A stretch of 64,000 bases of DNA, taken from positions 384,001 to 448,000 of the forward strand of contig CAXXMU010000005.1 in assembly GCA_963667785.2 (NCBI GenBank), read 5' to 3'. Shown here in pieces: positions 42,701-50,783 of the stretch; the stretch's first letter is position 1; the number at the start of each line of letters is the position of its first letter. The notes beneath the pieces are model-generated. The model saw only the letters and a program-made list of their open reading frames with translations, was not told the origin of the DNA and did not search any database. The stretch is from Alphaproteobacteria bacterium. Its GTDB lineage: Bacteria > Pseudomonadota > Alphaproteobacteria > UBA828. The position numbers and the translations under genes were made by a program.

Positions 42701-43562
42701 CGCGGTGCTGCAGACGCTGTGTGCCCGCGACGTGCCGCTGAACAGCGGCTGCTTCAAGCCGCTCCGCGTGGTGGCGCCGCCCGGCACCGTGGCGAACCCG
42801 GTCTTCCCCGCGCCCAGCGTCGCCGGCAACACCGAGGGCCAGCCCCGCATCATCGCGGCGGTGCAGCATGCGCTGTCGAAGGCCGTGCCGGAGATGGTGA
42901 GCGCCGCCGAGGGCGGGACCGCGTGCAACCTGCTGCTCGGCGGTATCCACCCCGATACCGACGAGTACTGGACCCACTACCAGCTCGAGGGCGGCGGCTG
43001 GGGCGGCCGGCTCGGCAAGGACGGCAACACCGCGCTCTGCTGCGCCCATGCCAGCACCATCCGGGCGACGCCGATCGAGGTGTTCGAGACGCGCTTCCCG
43101 CTGCGCGTGCTGAAGTACGAGATCCGCCCCGATTCCGGCGGCGCCGGCAAGTGGCGGGGCGGCCTCGGCTGCTGGCGCCAGTTCGAGGTGATCGCGGATG
43201 CCATCAGCGTGAGCGCGCTCACAGACCGCATCACCGAGGGGCCGTACGGGCTGATGAAGGGGCAGGCGGGCGCGCCCACGGGCTTCTTCGTCAAGCGCAC
43301 GCAAGACGACGAGTTCCGCACCTTCAAGGAGGTCTACGGCACCGTAAGCCCGACCAAGTTCGTCAACATCCGGCTCCACCGGGGCGACCAGATCCTGGTC
43401 CGGGTGCCGGGCGGCGGCGGCTACGGAGACCCGCGCGAGCGGGCGGACGCAGCCCTCCGCGCGGATCTGGAAGACGGCTTCGTCAGCGTGGAAGGACTCG
43501 CGGCCTACGGCCGCGACGCGAGCTTCGCGGAGACGGTGAAGGAGGCCGCCGCGGCCGAATAG
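39738..43562 (+). CDS. Fused hydantoinase A+B / 5-oxoprolinase-family ATP-dependent lactamase
   Basis: GIDTGGTFTD, DMGGTSCD, IGAGGGS and FGGAGPLH (A half); NDPY..HMPE, HIAEIGG, EVFQEG and PDSGGAGKWRGG (B half). Confidence 0.92.
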   Translation: MYRVGIDTGGTFTDLVALDDRSGCIRTVKVPSTPQTPAAAPLAAIDQSALSPDEIGRIVLGTTIATNARLQKKGATVLYVGTDGVQDVPVIGIIARKEAYNPAWEKPSAGVLRRHVFGIRERVDHKGNILIALERPELERLGDWIDEWIASTPGREWAVAVNLLFSYVDPRHEEAIGAYLAERFPDLPVSLSCRVCPIWREFERSATVITDAFIKRIIDRFVGQVSADLAEAGIGAPLSLMKSNGGHLQAESAGEVPVQLLLSGLAGGVIAGARFARDHADGNGVTLDMGGTSCDVGLVTDGAFGSTTEYEVEWGVPVSALFIDYTTIGAGGGSIAHVDAGGLLRVGPRSAGADPGPACYGKGGTEPTVTDANVVLGRLDPDYFLGGEMSLDAAKAHEAVAALGSTLGLTAVETARAILETAAENMADAIRLMTVERGIDHRDYALIAFGGAGPLHAVDVAAPLEMKKVVVPPHPGLCSALGTLLTDLRVDRARTVNHRSDTVELAQLNDQLRALAREAVEELRRDGLEGEARVTGYISMRYMGQNFGELVQLDTLELNADSLARALEGLHRQHEELYGYALRDKVVEMTEVRVIAVGEERTDAHLSAPASGSGEAHAHREVHFDGEEPLETPIYRRAALAAGAVIAGPAIIDEMDSTTLVPPRSEVEVGADGSLIVSLPRAASEEGAAVGTGRLAPEKDPVTLTVVNNALGNICNEMESAMVRTAYSPIFSESRDFSCCLFDRRLRMVGQAEMNPAIICAGLHTVPLCVKEMEEPIEQGDVIVHNDPYRGQCHMPEHLLMKPVFVDGTLIGYAANIAHIAEIGGMAVGSFASTATEVFQEGLRLPPVKLLSRGEYVKDVWRIALANHRTPNTTWGDFHAMIGSLNTAEQRLSALVKRLGVDTFEKICDALVDHAESWMRNEIRKLPNGIYKAEDYFEDDGVTARRYYFRPTVHIREEEIVVDLSESDEQARGPINVTYVATAAAGCTAVLQTLCARDVPLNSGCFKPLRVVAPPGTVANPVFPAPSVAGNTEGQPRIIAAVQHALSKAVPEMVSAAEGGTACNLLLGGIHPDTDEYWTHYQLEGGGWGGRLGKDGNTALCCAHASTIRATPIEVFETRFPLRVLKYEIRPDSGGAGKWRGGLGCWRQFEVIADAISVSALTDRITEGPYGLMKGQAGAPTGFFVKRTQDDEFRTFKEVYGTVSPTKFVNIRLHRGDQILVRVPGGGGYGDPRERADAALRADLEDGFVSVEGLAAYGRDASFAETVKEAAAAE

Positions 43563-43571
43563 GCCGTTGGG

Positions 43572-44642
43572 CTAGGCGTCGGGCCCGGCGGCTCCCGCCG
43601 CCCGGTCGGCCTCCCGGCTGTTGCCGAGGGCGCGCACCAGGGCGCCGAGCGACACGGTGCCGATCGGCTCCCCCTCGGCGCTCACCACCCTGGCCTCGCC
43701 GCCGGGCGATGCGACCGCCAGCGGCAGCGCATCCTCGATCGTCATGTCGTGCGCGCAGTCGGGGCCCGCGAGGTCCGGCCTGAGCGGCTCCATGATGGAG
43801 CCCACGCGGATGACCCGGCCGCGATTGATGCTCTTCGTGAAGTCGGCGATGTAGGAGTCCGCCGGACGGAGCACGATATCCTGCGAATCGCCGTTCTGGA
43901 CGACCTCGCCGTCGCGCAGGATCGCGATGCGGTCGCCGATCTCGATGGCTTCCTCGAGGTCGTGGGTGACGAACACGATGGTCTTGTGCAGCTCGTGCTG
44001 CAGGTCAAGCAGCAGCGCCCGCATGTCCGAGCGGATCAGCGGATCGAGCGCGCTGAAGGCCTCGTCCATCAGCAGGATGTCAGCATCGGTCGCGAGCGCG
44101 CGGGCGAGGCCGACCCGCTGCTGCATGCCGCCCGAGAGGTGATGGGGATATGAATCCTCGTAGCCCTGGAGCCCGACACGCTCCACCCAGCGCGCCGCGC
44201 GCGCCGCGCGCGCGCTCCTGGCAAGGCCCTGGAGCGCCAGGCCGTAGCCCACGTTCTCCATCACGGTCCGGTGCGGGAACAGCGCGAAGCGCTGGAACAC
44301 CATGCTGATCTTGTAGCGCCGGAGCTGCTTGAGCGCCGCAGCGTCGAGGGCGAGCATGTCCTCCCCGTCGATGCGGATATCGCCTTCGGTCGGGTCGATC
44401 AGGCGGTTGATGTGGCGCACGAGGGTGGACTTGCCCGAGCCGCTGAGCCCCATGACGACCTGGATGCTGCGCGGGGCCACATCCAGATTGATGTCGCGCA
44501 GCCCAAGCACGTGGCCGTGGTCCTCCAGCAGCTCCTGCTTGCCCATGCCTTCGTGCACGTGGGGCATGACGCCAGCCGGATTGGCGCCGAACACCTTGTA
44601 GAGGCCGCCGACGTGGATCCCCTCGCTGCCGGGCATGGTCAT
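43572..44642 (-). CDS. proV: Glycine betaine/proline ABC ATP-binding protein
   Basis: GLSGSGKST, LSGGMQQRVGLARA and MDEAFSALDPLIR motifs. Confidence 0.88.
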   Translation of the reverse strand: MTMPGSEGIHVGGLYKVFGANPAGVMPHVHEGMGKQELLEDHGHVLGLRDINLDVAPRSIQVVMGLSGSGKSTLVRHINRLIDPTEGDIRIDGEDMLALDAAALKQLRRYKISMVFQRFALFPHRTVMENVGYGLALQGLARSARAARAARWVERVGLQGYEDSYPHHLSGGMQQRVGLARALATDADILLMDEAFSALDPLIRSDMRALLLDLQHELHKTIVFVTHDLEEAIEIGDRIAILRDGEVVQNGDSQDIVLRPADSYIADFTKSINRGRVIRVGSIMEPLRPDLAGPDCAHDMTIEDALPLAVASPGGEARVVSAEGEPIGTVSLGALVRALGNSREADRAAGAAGPDA

Positions 44643-44646
44643 GGGA

Positions 44647-45528
44647 TCACGCCTGCCGCTGCGCCTGGATGCGCCGGCCGTAGCTCTGGGTCACCCGGTC
44701 GAAGACGATCGCGAGCCCCACCACCGCCGCCCCGTTGAAGAGCCCGAGGGCGAAGTACTGGTTGGTGACCGCCTGGAGCACCGGCATGCCGAGGCCCTTG
44801 ACGCCGATCATCGAGGCGATCACCACCATCGAGAGCGCCATCATGATGGTCTGGTTGACGCCGGCCATGATGTTGGGAAGCGCCAGCGGCAACTGGACGC
44901 CGAAGAGCCTGCGCCAGGTGCCGGCGCCGAAGGCGTCCGCCGCCTCCAGCACCTCCTGGTCCACCAGGCGGATGCCGAGGTTGGTCAGCCGGATCACCGG
45001 CGGCACGGCGTAGATCACCACCGCGATCAGCCCCGGTATCTTGCCGAGGCCGAAGAGCATCACCACGGGAATCAGATAGACGAAGATCGGCATCGTCTGC
45101 ATCACGTCGAGGATCGGCGTCATGAACGCCTGCATGCGGTCGGAGCGCGACATGGCGATGCCGAGGGGGATGCCGATGGCGATGGCGATGAGGGTGGCGA
45201 CGAAGATGATGGCGAGCGTGCGCATCGTGTCCTCCCACATGCCGAGGACACCGATGACGAGGAAGGCGACGATGACGCCGAGGCTCAGCCGCACGCGCCG
45301 GCTCGCGCTGTAGCAGATGCCTGCGATCGCGAGCACGATCACCCACCAGGGGGCGTTGAGCAGGACCCACTCGAACTTGATCAGGAGCCAGAGGAGGGGG
45401 TCGAAGACGCTCTCGATGGCATCGCCGTAGTTGCGCGAGAACGTCTTGTACGCCGCGTCGATGGACTTGTGGACGGCGCGCAGCGTGGCGATGTCGAGAG
45501 TGGGAAAGTTCAGAACCCAGTCGGTCAC
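44647..45528 (-). CDS. proW: Glycine betaine/proline ABC permease
   Basis: LDVMQTMPIFVYLIP, IRLTNLGIR and GVNQTIMMALSMVV motifs. Confidence 0.88.
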   Translation of the reverse strand: MTDWVLNFPTLDIATLRAVHKSIDAAYKTFSRNYGDAIESVFDPLLWLLIKFEWVLLNAPWWVIVLAIAGICYSASRRVRLSLGVIVAFLVIGVLGMWEDTMRTLAIIFVATLIAIAIGIPLGIAMSRSDRMQAFMTPILDVMQTMPIFVYLIPVVMLFGLGKIPGLIAVVIYAVPPVIRLTNLGIRLVDQEVLEAADAFGAGTWRRLFGVQLPLALPNIMAGVNQTIMMALSMVVIASMIGVKGLGMPVLQAVTNQYFALGLFNGAAVVGLAIVFDRVTQSYGRRIQAQRQA

Positions 45529-45576
45529 GGTTCACGCTCCCCGGTTCGGCTCCCCGAGGACAACCCGCTCGCACTC

Positions 45577-45648
45577 CGCGCCGGCGCGACGCCCCGTCCC
45601 GGCGGCCACACGGCGCGCCGGGACGGGGCGGGGGAGCGGGCCGGCGCG
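45577..45648. other. Strong intercistronic stem-loop between proX and proW
   Basis: Perfect 15-bp stem 45590-45604/45616-45630 plus outer 9-bp stem 45577-45585/45640-45648. Confidence 0.7.
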
Positions 45649-45686
45649 CGCGGTGACGAGCGGCGTCTGACCCGCGCGCCCGCGGA

Positions 45687-46688
45687 CTACATCATGGCCG
45701 CCTTCACCTTGGCCGCGACGTCTTCGGGCACCCAGGCGGTCCACACGTCCTCATGGTTCTTGAGGAAGTACTCGGCCGCTTCCCGCGTGGTCGCCTGATT
45801 CGAGTCCTTCCACGCCAGGACGCTGTTCACCAGGTTGTTCGGCCAGGACACGTTGGAGACGAACGCGAAGGCTTCCGGCGCGGACTCGGCGAAGCTCGAG
45901 GTCACCACCGTGATCACCACCGACTTCGCGTACATGTTGGGCTGCGGGTCGGCGCAATCCTTGTCGATGATGCAGGGCCACGTCTCGGGGTCGTGCACCA
46001 TCCCGCCCAGCTTCACCATCGGGTAGTTGCCGAGCAACGCGGTCGGCGCCCAGTAGTAGGCGAAGATCGGGTTGCCGCGCTCGTAGGCGCTGGCGATCGC
46101 GCCTGCCAGCCCCTCGCCCGAGCCCGGGTTGAAGAGGGTGAAGCCCGCGTCGTCGAGCCCGTAGGCCCTGAAGAGATTGGCGTTGACGTACTCGCAGGCC
46201 CAACCCGGCGGGCAGCCGTAGAAGCGACCCTTGCCCGGCTCCTCCTTGTCGGGGAAGAGGTCGGGCCGCTTGATGATCTCCTGCAGAGTGGTGAGTTCGG
46301 GATTCTGCTCCACCACGTAGTCAGGCACCCACCAGCCTTCCTCGCCGCCGTCGGAGAGGATCTCGCCGGCGATCGCGAGGCGGCCCTCAGCCACCGCCGC
46401 CTCGACGACCTCGCGCGCGGAGTTGATCCAGATCTCGGGCGCGATGTCGGGCTCGCCCTTCTCCGTCATCGACGTGACGGTGGGCACCGTGTCGCCGGGC
46501 ACGATCTCGGTATCGCAGCCGTAGCCTTCCTTGAGGATGATATCCTCGACATGGGCCGCGACGCCGGCCGACGCCCACGTCATCTCCGCGATCGTCACCT
46601 TGCCGCAGGCCGCATCGGCACCGCGCGCAAGCATCAGGGCGCCGGCAACCATGAGTGCCACCGCCAGTGACATTGTCAGCTTTCGCAT
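45687..46688 (-). CDS. proX: Glycine betaine/proline-type ABC substrate-binding protein
   Basis: Signal peptide; CGKVTIAEMTWASA, PGDTVPT, GCPPGWAC and YYWAPT motifs. Confidence 0.85.
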   Translation of the reverse strand: MRKLTMSLAVALMVAGALMLARGADAACGKVTIAEMTWASAGVAAHVEDIILKEGYGCDTEIVPGDTVPTVTSMTEKGEPDIAPEIWINSAREVVEAAVAEGRLAIAGEILSDGGEEGWWVPDYVVEQNPELTTLQEIIKRPDLFPDKEEPGKGRFYGCPPGWACEYVNANLFRAYGLDDAGFTLFNPGSGEGLAGAIASAYERGNPIFAYYWAPTALLGNYPMVKLGGMVHDPETWPCIIDKDCADPQPNMYAKSVVITVVTSSFAESAPEAFAFVSNVSWPNNLVNSVLAWKDSNQATTREAAEYFLKNHEDVWTAWVPEDVAAKVKAAMM

Positions 46689-47067
46689 TGGACAGCTCCC
46701 TGTCTGCATCGCGCCGTGGCCGCTTGTTCTTGCTGCGCAATGCCTTGTCGGGGACCCGCCGGCACGACAGGCCCCTCACAAGCCGATCATAGTCAGCCCG
46801 GGAGAGCCGTGGCAACAAGGAGGTCGTCGCCCGCCGCGCGGCCGCGCCGGCGTGCGGCGCCCGAGCGGCGGCCGGCAAGCGCGGCGCAGCGGTCGGGAGG
46901 ATCGCCTCCCACCGCGGCTGCGCAGGCCGCCGATCCGGGCGGGCGAAGCGAGCGCAAGTCGCTCGATTTGGCCGATTATGTAGCTAAATCAGACCGCTAC
47001 CCGGAATTGGGTTCGTTTTGCAAAAAAACCCAATTGTGGCGCCCCGCAGGCCGGGGCGCGGGCCCGC

Positions 47068-48519
47068 TCAGGCCTGGCTGCGCAGCTCCCGCTCGGTCTG
47101 CGGCACCGGCATGGGGCCGATGCCTTCGGCCACCATCTCGCGCCACTCGCGCTTCTGCGGCATGATCGGCGGCACCGGGATGGTCTTGGGCTCGGGCATC
47201 GCGTCCGCGATCGGCTTCTCCAGCCCCCGGCCCGTGACCTCGCCCCGCCGGAAGAAGCCGTTGTAGATGCCCCAGTGGAGCCGGTTGCGCGCGCCGGTGA
47301 GCGGGAAGCGCTTCGCAATGGAGGGGAGCGAGTAGAAGTTCCCGTAGGCCCGCATGTGGCCTTCGCGAAGCTGCTCGGTGGTCATCTTCTTCGGCTGGTA
47401 GACGATGTGCCCCTGGTCGTAGAGATCCCAGTCGTAGGAGACGATGTCCCCCGCCTTCTTCATCTGGTACCAGGTGAGCGTGCCGGGATAGGGGGTCAGC
47501 ACCGAGTAGGCGCACATGTCGTACTTGGCGCCGATGTTGAAGCTGGTCGTCTCGTCGAAGACGGTCTCGTCGTCGCCCTCGAAGCCGAACATGAAGAGGC
47601 CGAAGACCATGATCCCGTAGCTGTGGATCTTCTCCACCAGCGCCTGGAACTGCTCCGGCCGGTTGACGTACTTGTGGACGCTCTTGAGCGTGTCCCGCGA
47701 GATCGACTCGAAACCGATGCTCAGCATGTAGCAGCCGCTCTCGGCGGCGAGCTCCAGCATCTCGTCCTTCTGGGCGAGCTTGCTGGTGACGCCGGCCTGC
47801 CAGCGGATGCCGCGCCCCTTGAGCGCCTTCATCACCTCCTTGGGCCGGGCCTCGGTGCCGAAGAAGTCGGCGTCGTTCAGCGAGATCGTGCGCTGGCCGC
47901 AGTTCTCGACCTCGTGGATTACCTCGTCGATGGGCCGGTAGCGGAACTTCAGCCCGTTCATCAGCGGCTCGGCGCAGAAGGTGCAGCCCTGGTGGCAGCC
48001 GCGCGAGGTCTGGACGAAGGTGCGGTTGACGTAGCGGTTCTTCTTCACCAGGTCGTAGCGCGGCATGGGCATGTCGACCATGGGGTGGAGCTTGTCGGCG
48101 CGGTAGACGCCCTTGAGCGCACCCTGTTCCAGGTCGTCCAGCACCTTCGGCATGACCATCTCGGCCTCGCCGATCACCACGGCGTCGCAGTGCTCGAGCG
48201 CCTCCTCGGGCATGAAGCTCGCGTGGACGCCGCCCATGACCACGGGCACGCCGCGCGCGCGGAACGCATCGGCGATCTCGTAGCCCCGCTTGACGTAGCT
48301 CGTCATGGCCGAGATGCCGACCATGTCGACCTTCAGGTCGAAGTCGATGTCCTCGATGTTCTCGTCGGTCATCACGACTTCGTACTCGTCCTGAGGAATC
48401 ACCGCCGCGACCGCGAGCAGACCGGCCAGCGGCGAATAGAGCGCCCGGCCGAAATACATCGGCCGCGTGGTGAACTGGTTGGTCTGGGGATTGATGAGGT
48501 GAATGATTCGTGTGCGCAT
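47068..48519 (-). CDS. B12-binding-domain radical SAM enzyme
   Basis: VVMGGVHASF..VIGEAE (B12 domain); SRGCHQGCTFC (CxxxCxxC), IGFES, TPYPGT. Confidence 0.9.
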   Translation of the reverse strand: MRTRIIHLINPQTNQFTTRPMYFGRALYSPLAGLLAVAAVIPQDEYEVVMTDENIEDIDFDLKVDMVGISAMTSYVKRGYEIADAFRARGVPVVMGGVHASFMPEEALEHCDAVVIGEAEMVMPKVLDDLEQGALKGVYRADKLHPMVDMPMPRYDLVKKNRYVNRTFVQTSRGCHQGCTFCAEPLMNGLKFRYRPIDEVIHEVENCGQRTISLNDADFFGTEARPKEVMKALKGRGIRWQAGVTSKLAQKDEMLELAAESGCYMLSIGFESISRDTLKSVHKYVNRPEQFQALVEKIHSYGIMVFGLFMFGFEGDDETVFDETTSFNIGAKYDMCAYSVLTPYPGTLTWYQMKKAGDIVSYDWDLYDQGHIVYQPKKMTTEQLREGHMRAYGNFYSLPSIAKRFPLTGARNRLHWGIYNGFFRRGEVTGRGLEKPIADAMPEPKTIPVPPIMPQKREWREMVAEGIGPMPVPQTERELRSQA

Positions 48520-48632
48520 GCGTACCTCCGCTCGCGCGATTATACCCGACCTCTGCCCACCTGCCGAGAAGCTTTGCGAATGGCTTTCATCGTTCGAATC
48601 CGGCCCAAGGTGGCGGCGGCGGCCGTCGCGGC

Positions 48633-49151
48633 TCAGTAGTCGGCGCGGTCGTCAACGGCGTGGCCCCGCTTCGGCACCAGCACCGTGCGCTCGTAGGTCA
48701 TGAAGACGGTGCCGTCGGACTTCTTGCCGGTGGTCTTCACGGTGACGATGCCCTGGGTAGGGCGGGAGCGCGATTCCCGGGTCTCCAGCACCTCCGATTC
48801 GGCGTAGATGGTATCGCCGGCGTAGACCGGCGCGGTCAGGCGGATGTCGTTCCAGCCGAGGTTGGCGATCGCCTTCTGGCTGATGTCGCTCACCGACATG
48901 CCGGCGACGATGGCGAGCGTCAGCGCGCTGTTGACCAGCGGCTGGCCGAACTCGCTGTGGCTCGCGTAGTGGCTGTCGAAATGGAGCGGGTGGGTGTTCA
49001 TGGTGAGCAGGGTGAAGGAGATGTTGTCGTACTCGGTGAGCGTCCGCCCCGGCCTGTGCTCGTAGACGTCGCCCACGGTGAAATCCTCGAAGTAGCGCCC
49101 GTAGGATTCGCGGTAGCGCTGTTCCGCCACCTCCTTGCGCTCCACGGCCAT
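48633..49151 (-). CDS. MaoC-family (hot-dog) dehydratase
   Basis: GRYFEDF, RTLTEYDN..MNTHPLHFD and NLGW..PVYAGDT motifs. Confidence 0.88.
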   Translation of the reverse strand: MAVERKEVAEQRYRESYGRYFEDFTVGDVYEHRPGRTLTEYDNISFTLLTMNTHPLHFDSHYASHSEFGQPLVNSALTLAIVAGMSVSDISQKAIANLGWNDIRLTAPVYAGDTIYAESEVLETRESRSRPTQGIVTVKTTGKKSDGTVFMTYERTVLVPKRGHAVDDRADY

Positions 49152-49301
49152 CGCCCGATGTCCCCCGCTGTTTTCCGCCCGCTCGCCGCCGACGCGCGGC
49201 GGCCGCGACCTTAGGGGCTGGCCCGGTGGGGGTCAATATCGGCCGGGAGGGCCGCGTCGTCCAGAGACAGCCGGACCGGCCTCGGCGACGGGCCGCAGCA
49301 C

Positions 49302-49982
49302 TCAGGGCTCGCCGATCTCGCCCATGATCTCGTCGGCCGGGATCACCCGCGCATAGCCCCGCCGGAGCGTCTTCAGCTCCGCCTCGTGCAGGTCACGGCT
49401 GTCGGTGGCGGTCACGTCGCTGCCGAAAATGACCTTGTAGTCGCGGAAGAACGCGTCCCGGGCGGTCGCGCCGCAGCAGTAGTTGGTCATGCAGCCGGTG
49501 ATGATCACCGTGTCCACCGCGCAGCCGCGCAAGTAAGTGTGCAGGTCCGTATCGAAGAAGGCGCTGTAGCGGTGCTTCTGGATGACCTTCTCGCCCGGCT
49601 CCGGGGCGATCTCGCGGTAGGTGGGCACGTCGTCCGCGCCGATCCGGAGCGCGCCCTCCCTGATCGGCCGGTTGAGCGGCACGTCCCACATCAGCCCCTT
49701 GTCCCGGCCCGAGGCGTCGTGGGCGTGCTCGGTGAAGATGACGGGCATGCCGAGGGCGCGGCAGCGCGCGATCAGCGCCTTGACGCGGGGCAGAATGCGC
49801 AGGTTCTCCGGGGTCCACATGCGCGCGCCCTCGGCGACGAATCCTTCCTGCAGGTCGATCACCAGCAGCGCCGTCCTGCCCGGATCGATGGGAAAGTCGG
49901 GGTTGGACGATTCGTACTGATCGGCCGCGCGCGCGAGGATTTCCGCCTCGCCCGCGAACGCCTGAGCGTCCTTCTCCGCCAT
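49302..49982 (-). CDS. Isochorismatase-family cysteine hydrolase (RutB/maleamate amidase-like)
   Basis: LLVIDLQ, KHRYSAF and GCMTNYCCGATARDA motifs. Confidence 0.88.
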   Translation of the reverse strand: MAEKDAQAFAGEAEILARAADQYESSNPDFPIDPGRTALLVIDLQEGFVAEGARMWTPENLRILPRVKALIARCRALGMPVIFTEHAHDASGRDKGLMWDVPLNRPIREGALRIGADDVPTYREIAPEPGEKVIQKHRYSAFFDTDLHTYLRGCAVDTVIITGCMTNYCCGATARDAFFRDYKVIFGSDVTATDSRDLHEAELKTLRRGYARVIPADEIMGEIGEP

Positions 49983-50081
49983 GGCAACGCCCTCCCTGCT
50001 CATTGTTCGTCCCGACGCCCGTCGGGCCGCCTCCTGTGCCTGAGACCCGAGAATACCCCAGAGCGCTGGACAGGCTGGTTC

Positions 50082-50096
50082 GTTTTGTACAATAAC
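50082..50096. promoter_or_regulatory. Candidate operator in the divergent promoter region upstream of the MarR gene
   Basis: AT-rich palindrome GTT-TTGTACAA-TAAC between divergent genes. Confidence 0.45.
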
Positions 50097-50140
50097 TATC
50101 TTGCGAAGCTACCCAGCAGGCTGGGCGGAGAGAGCCGAGA

Positions 50141-50767
50141 GTGGAAGTCGCCGATCGCGAACGGTTTCCCAAGGACCGGCCCCAGGCGGCGCTGACCGTG
50201 GCGCGGCCTGAGCTGCTGACCGGCGGCTCTGACGACGCCTTCCGCCGGATGGTCCACGACGCGCTGGCCTTCGCCTCGCGGCTGCAGGCCGTGCGCGACG
50301 GCTACGCCCGCCTGATCGGGCTGACGGGCGTCCAGTACACCATCCTGATCGCGATCCACCACCTGCAGTACGAGCGCGACGTCAACGTCTCGACGCTCGC
50401 CCGGCATCTCCATCTCTCGCCCCCCTTTGTCACCAACGAGACCGGCAAGCTCGTGGCCATGGCGCTGGTGGAGAAGTTCCGGGATCCGGACGACGGGCGG
50501 CGGCTGATCCTGCGCACCACGGCCGAGGCAGAGGCGCGGCTCGACCGGCTGGCCCCGGTGCAGAGCGAGGTCAACGACGAGCACTTCGCGCCGCTTGCGG
50601 ACGGCGAATTCGGAACCTTCGCGCGCCTGGTCGCGGAACTGGTGGAGAGCACCGAGCGCGCGCTCGCGCTGCTCGATGCACTCGGCCCGCGCATCGCGCC
50701 GCAGGATGCGGCCGGGCCTAAGCCCATGGCGCCGGCGCTCCCCGCGGGCGACGCCCCGCCCGCCTGA
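50141..50767 (+). CDS. MarR-family transcriptional regulator
   Basis: GLTGVQYTIL..LARHLHLSPPFVT..DPDDGRR wing motif. Confidence 0.85.
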   Translation: MEVADRERFPKDRPQAALTVARPELLTGGSDDAFRRMVHDALAFASRLQAVRDGYARLIGLTGVQYTILIAIHHLQYERDVNVSTLARHLHLSPPFVTNETGKLVAMALVEKFRDPDDGRRLILRTTAEAEARLDRLAPVQSEVNDEHFAPLADGEFGTFARLVAELVESTERALALLDALGPRIAPQDAAGPKPMAPALPAGDAPPA

Positions 50768-50783
50768 GAGAAGGGCAACGACG

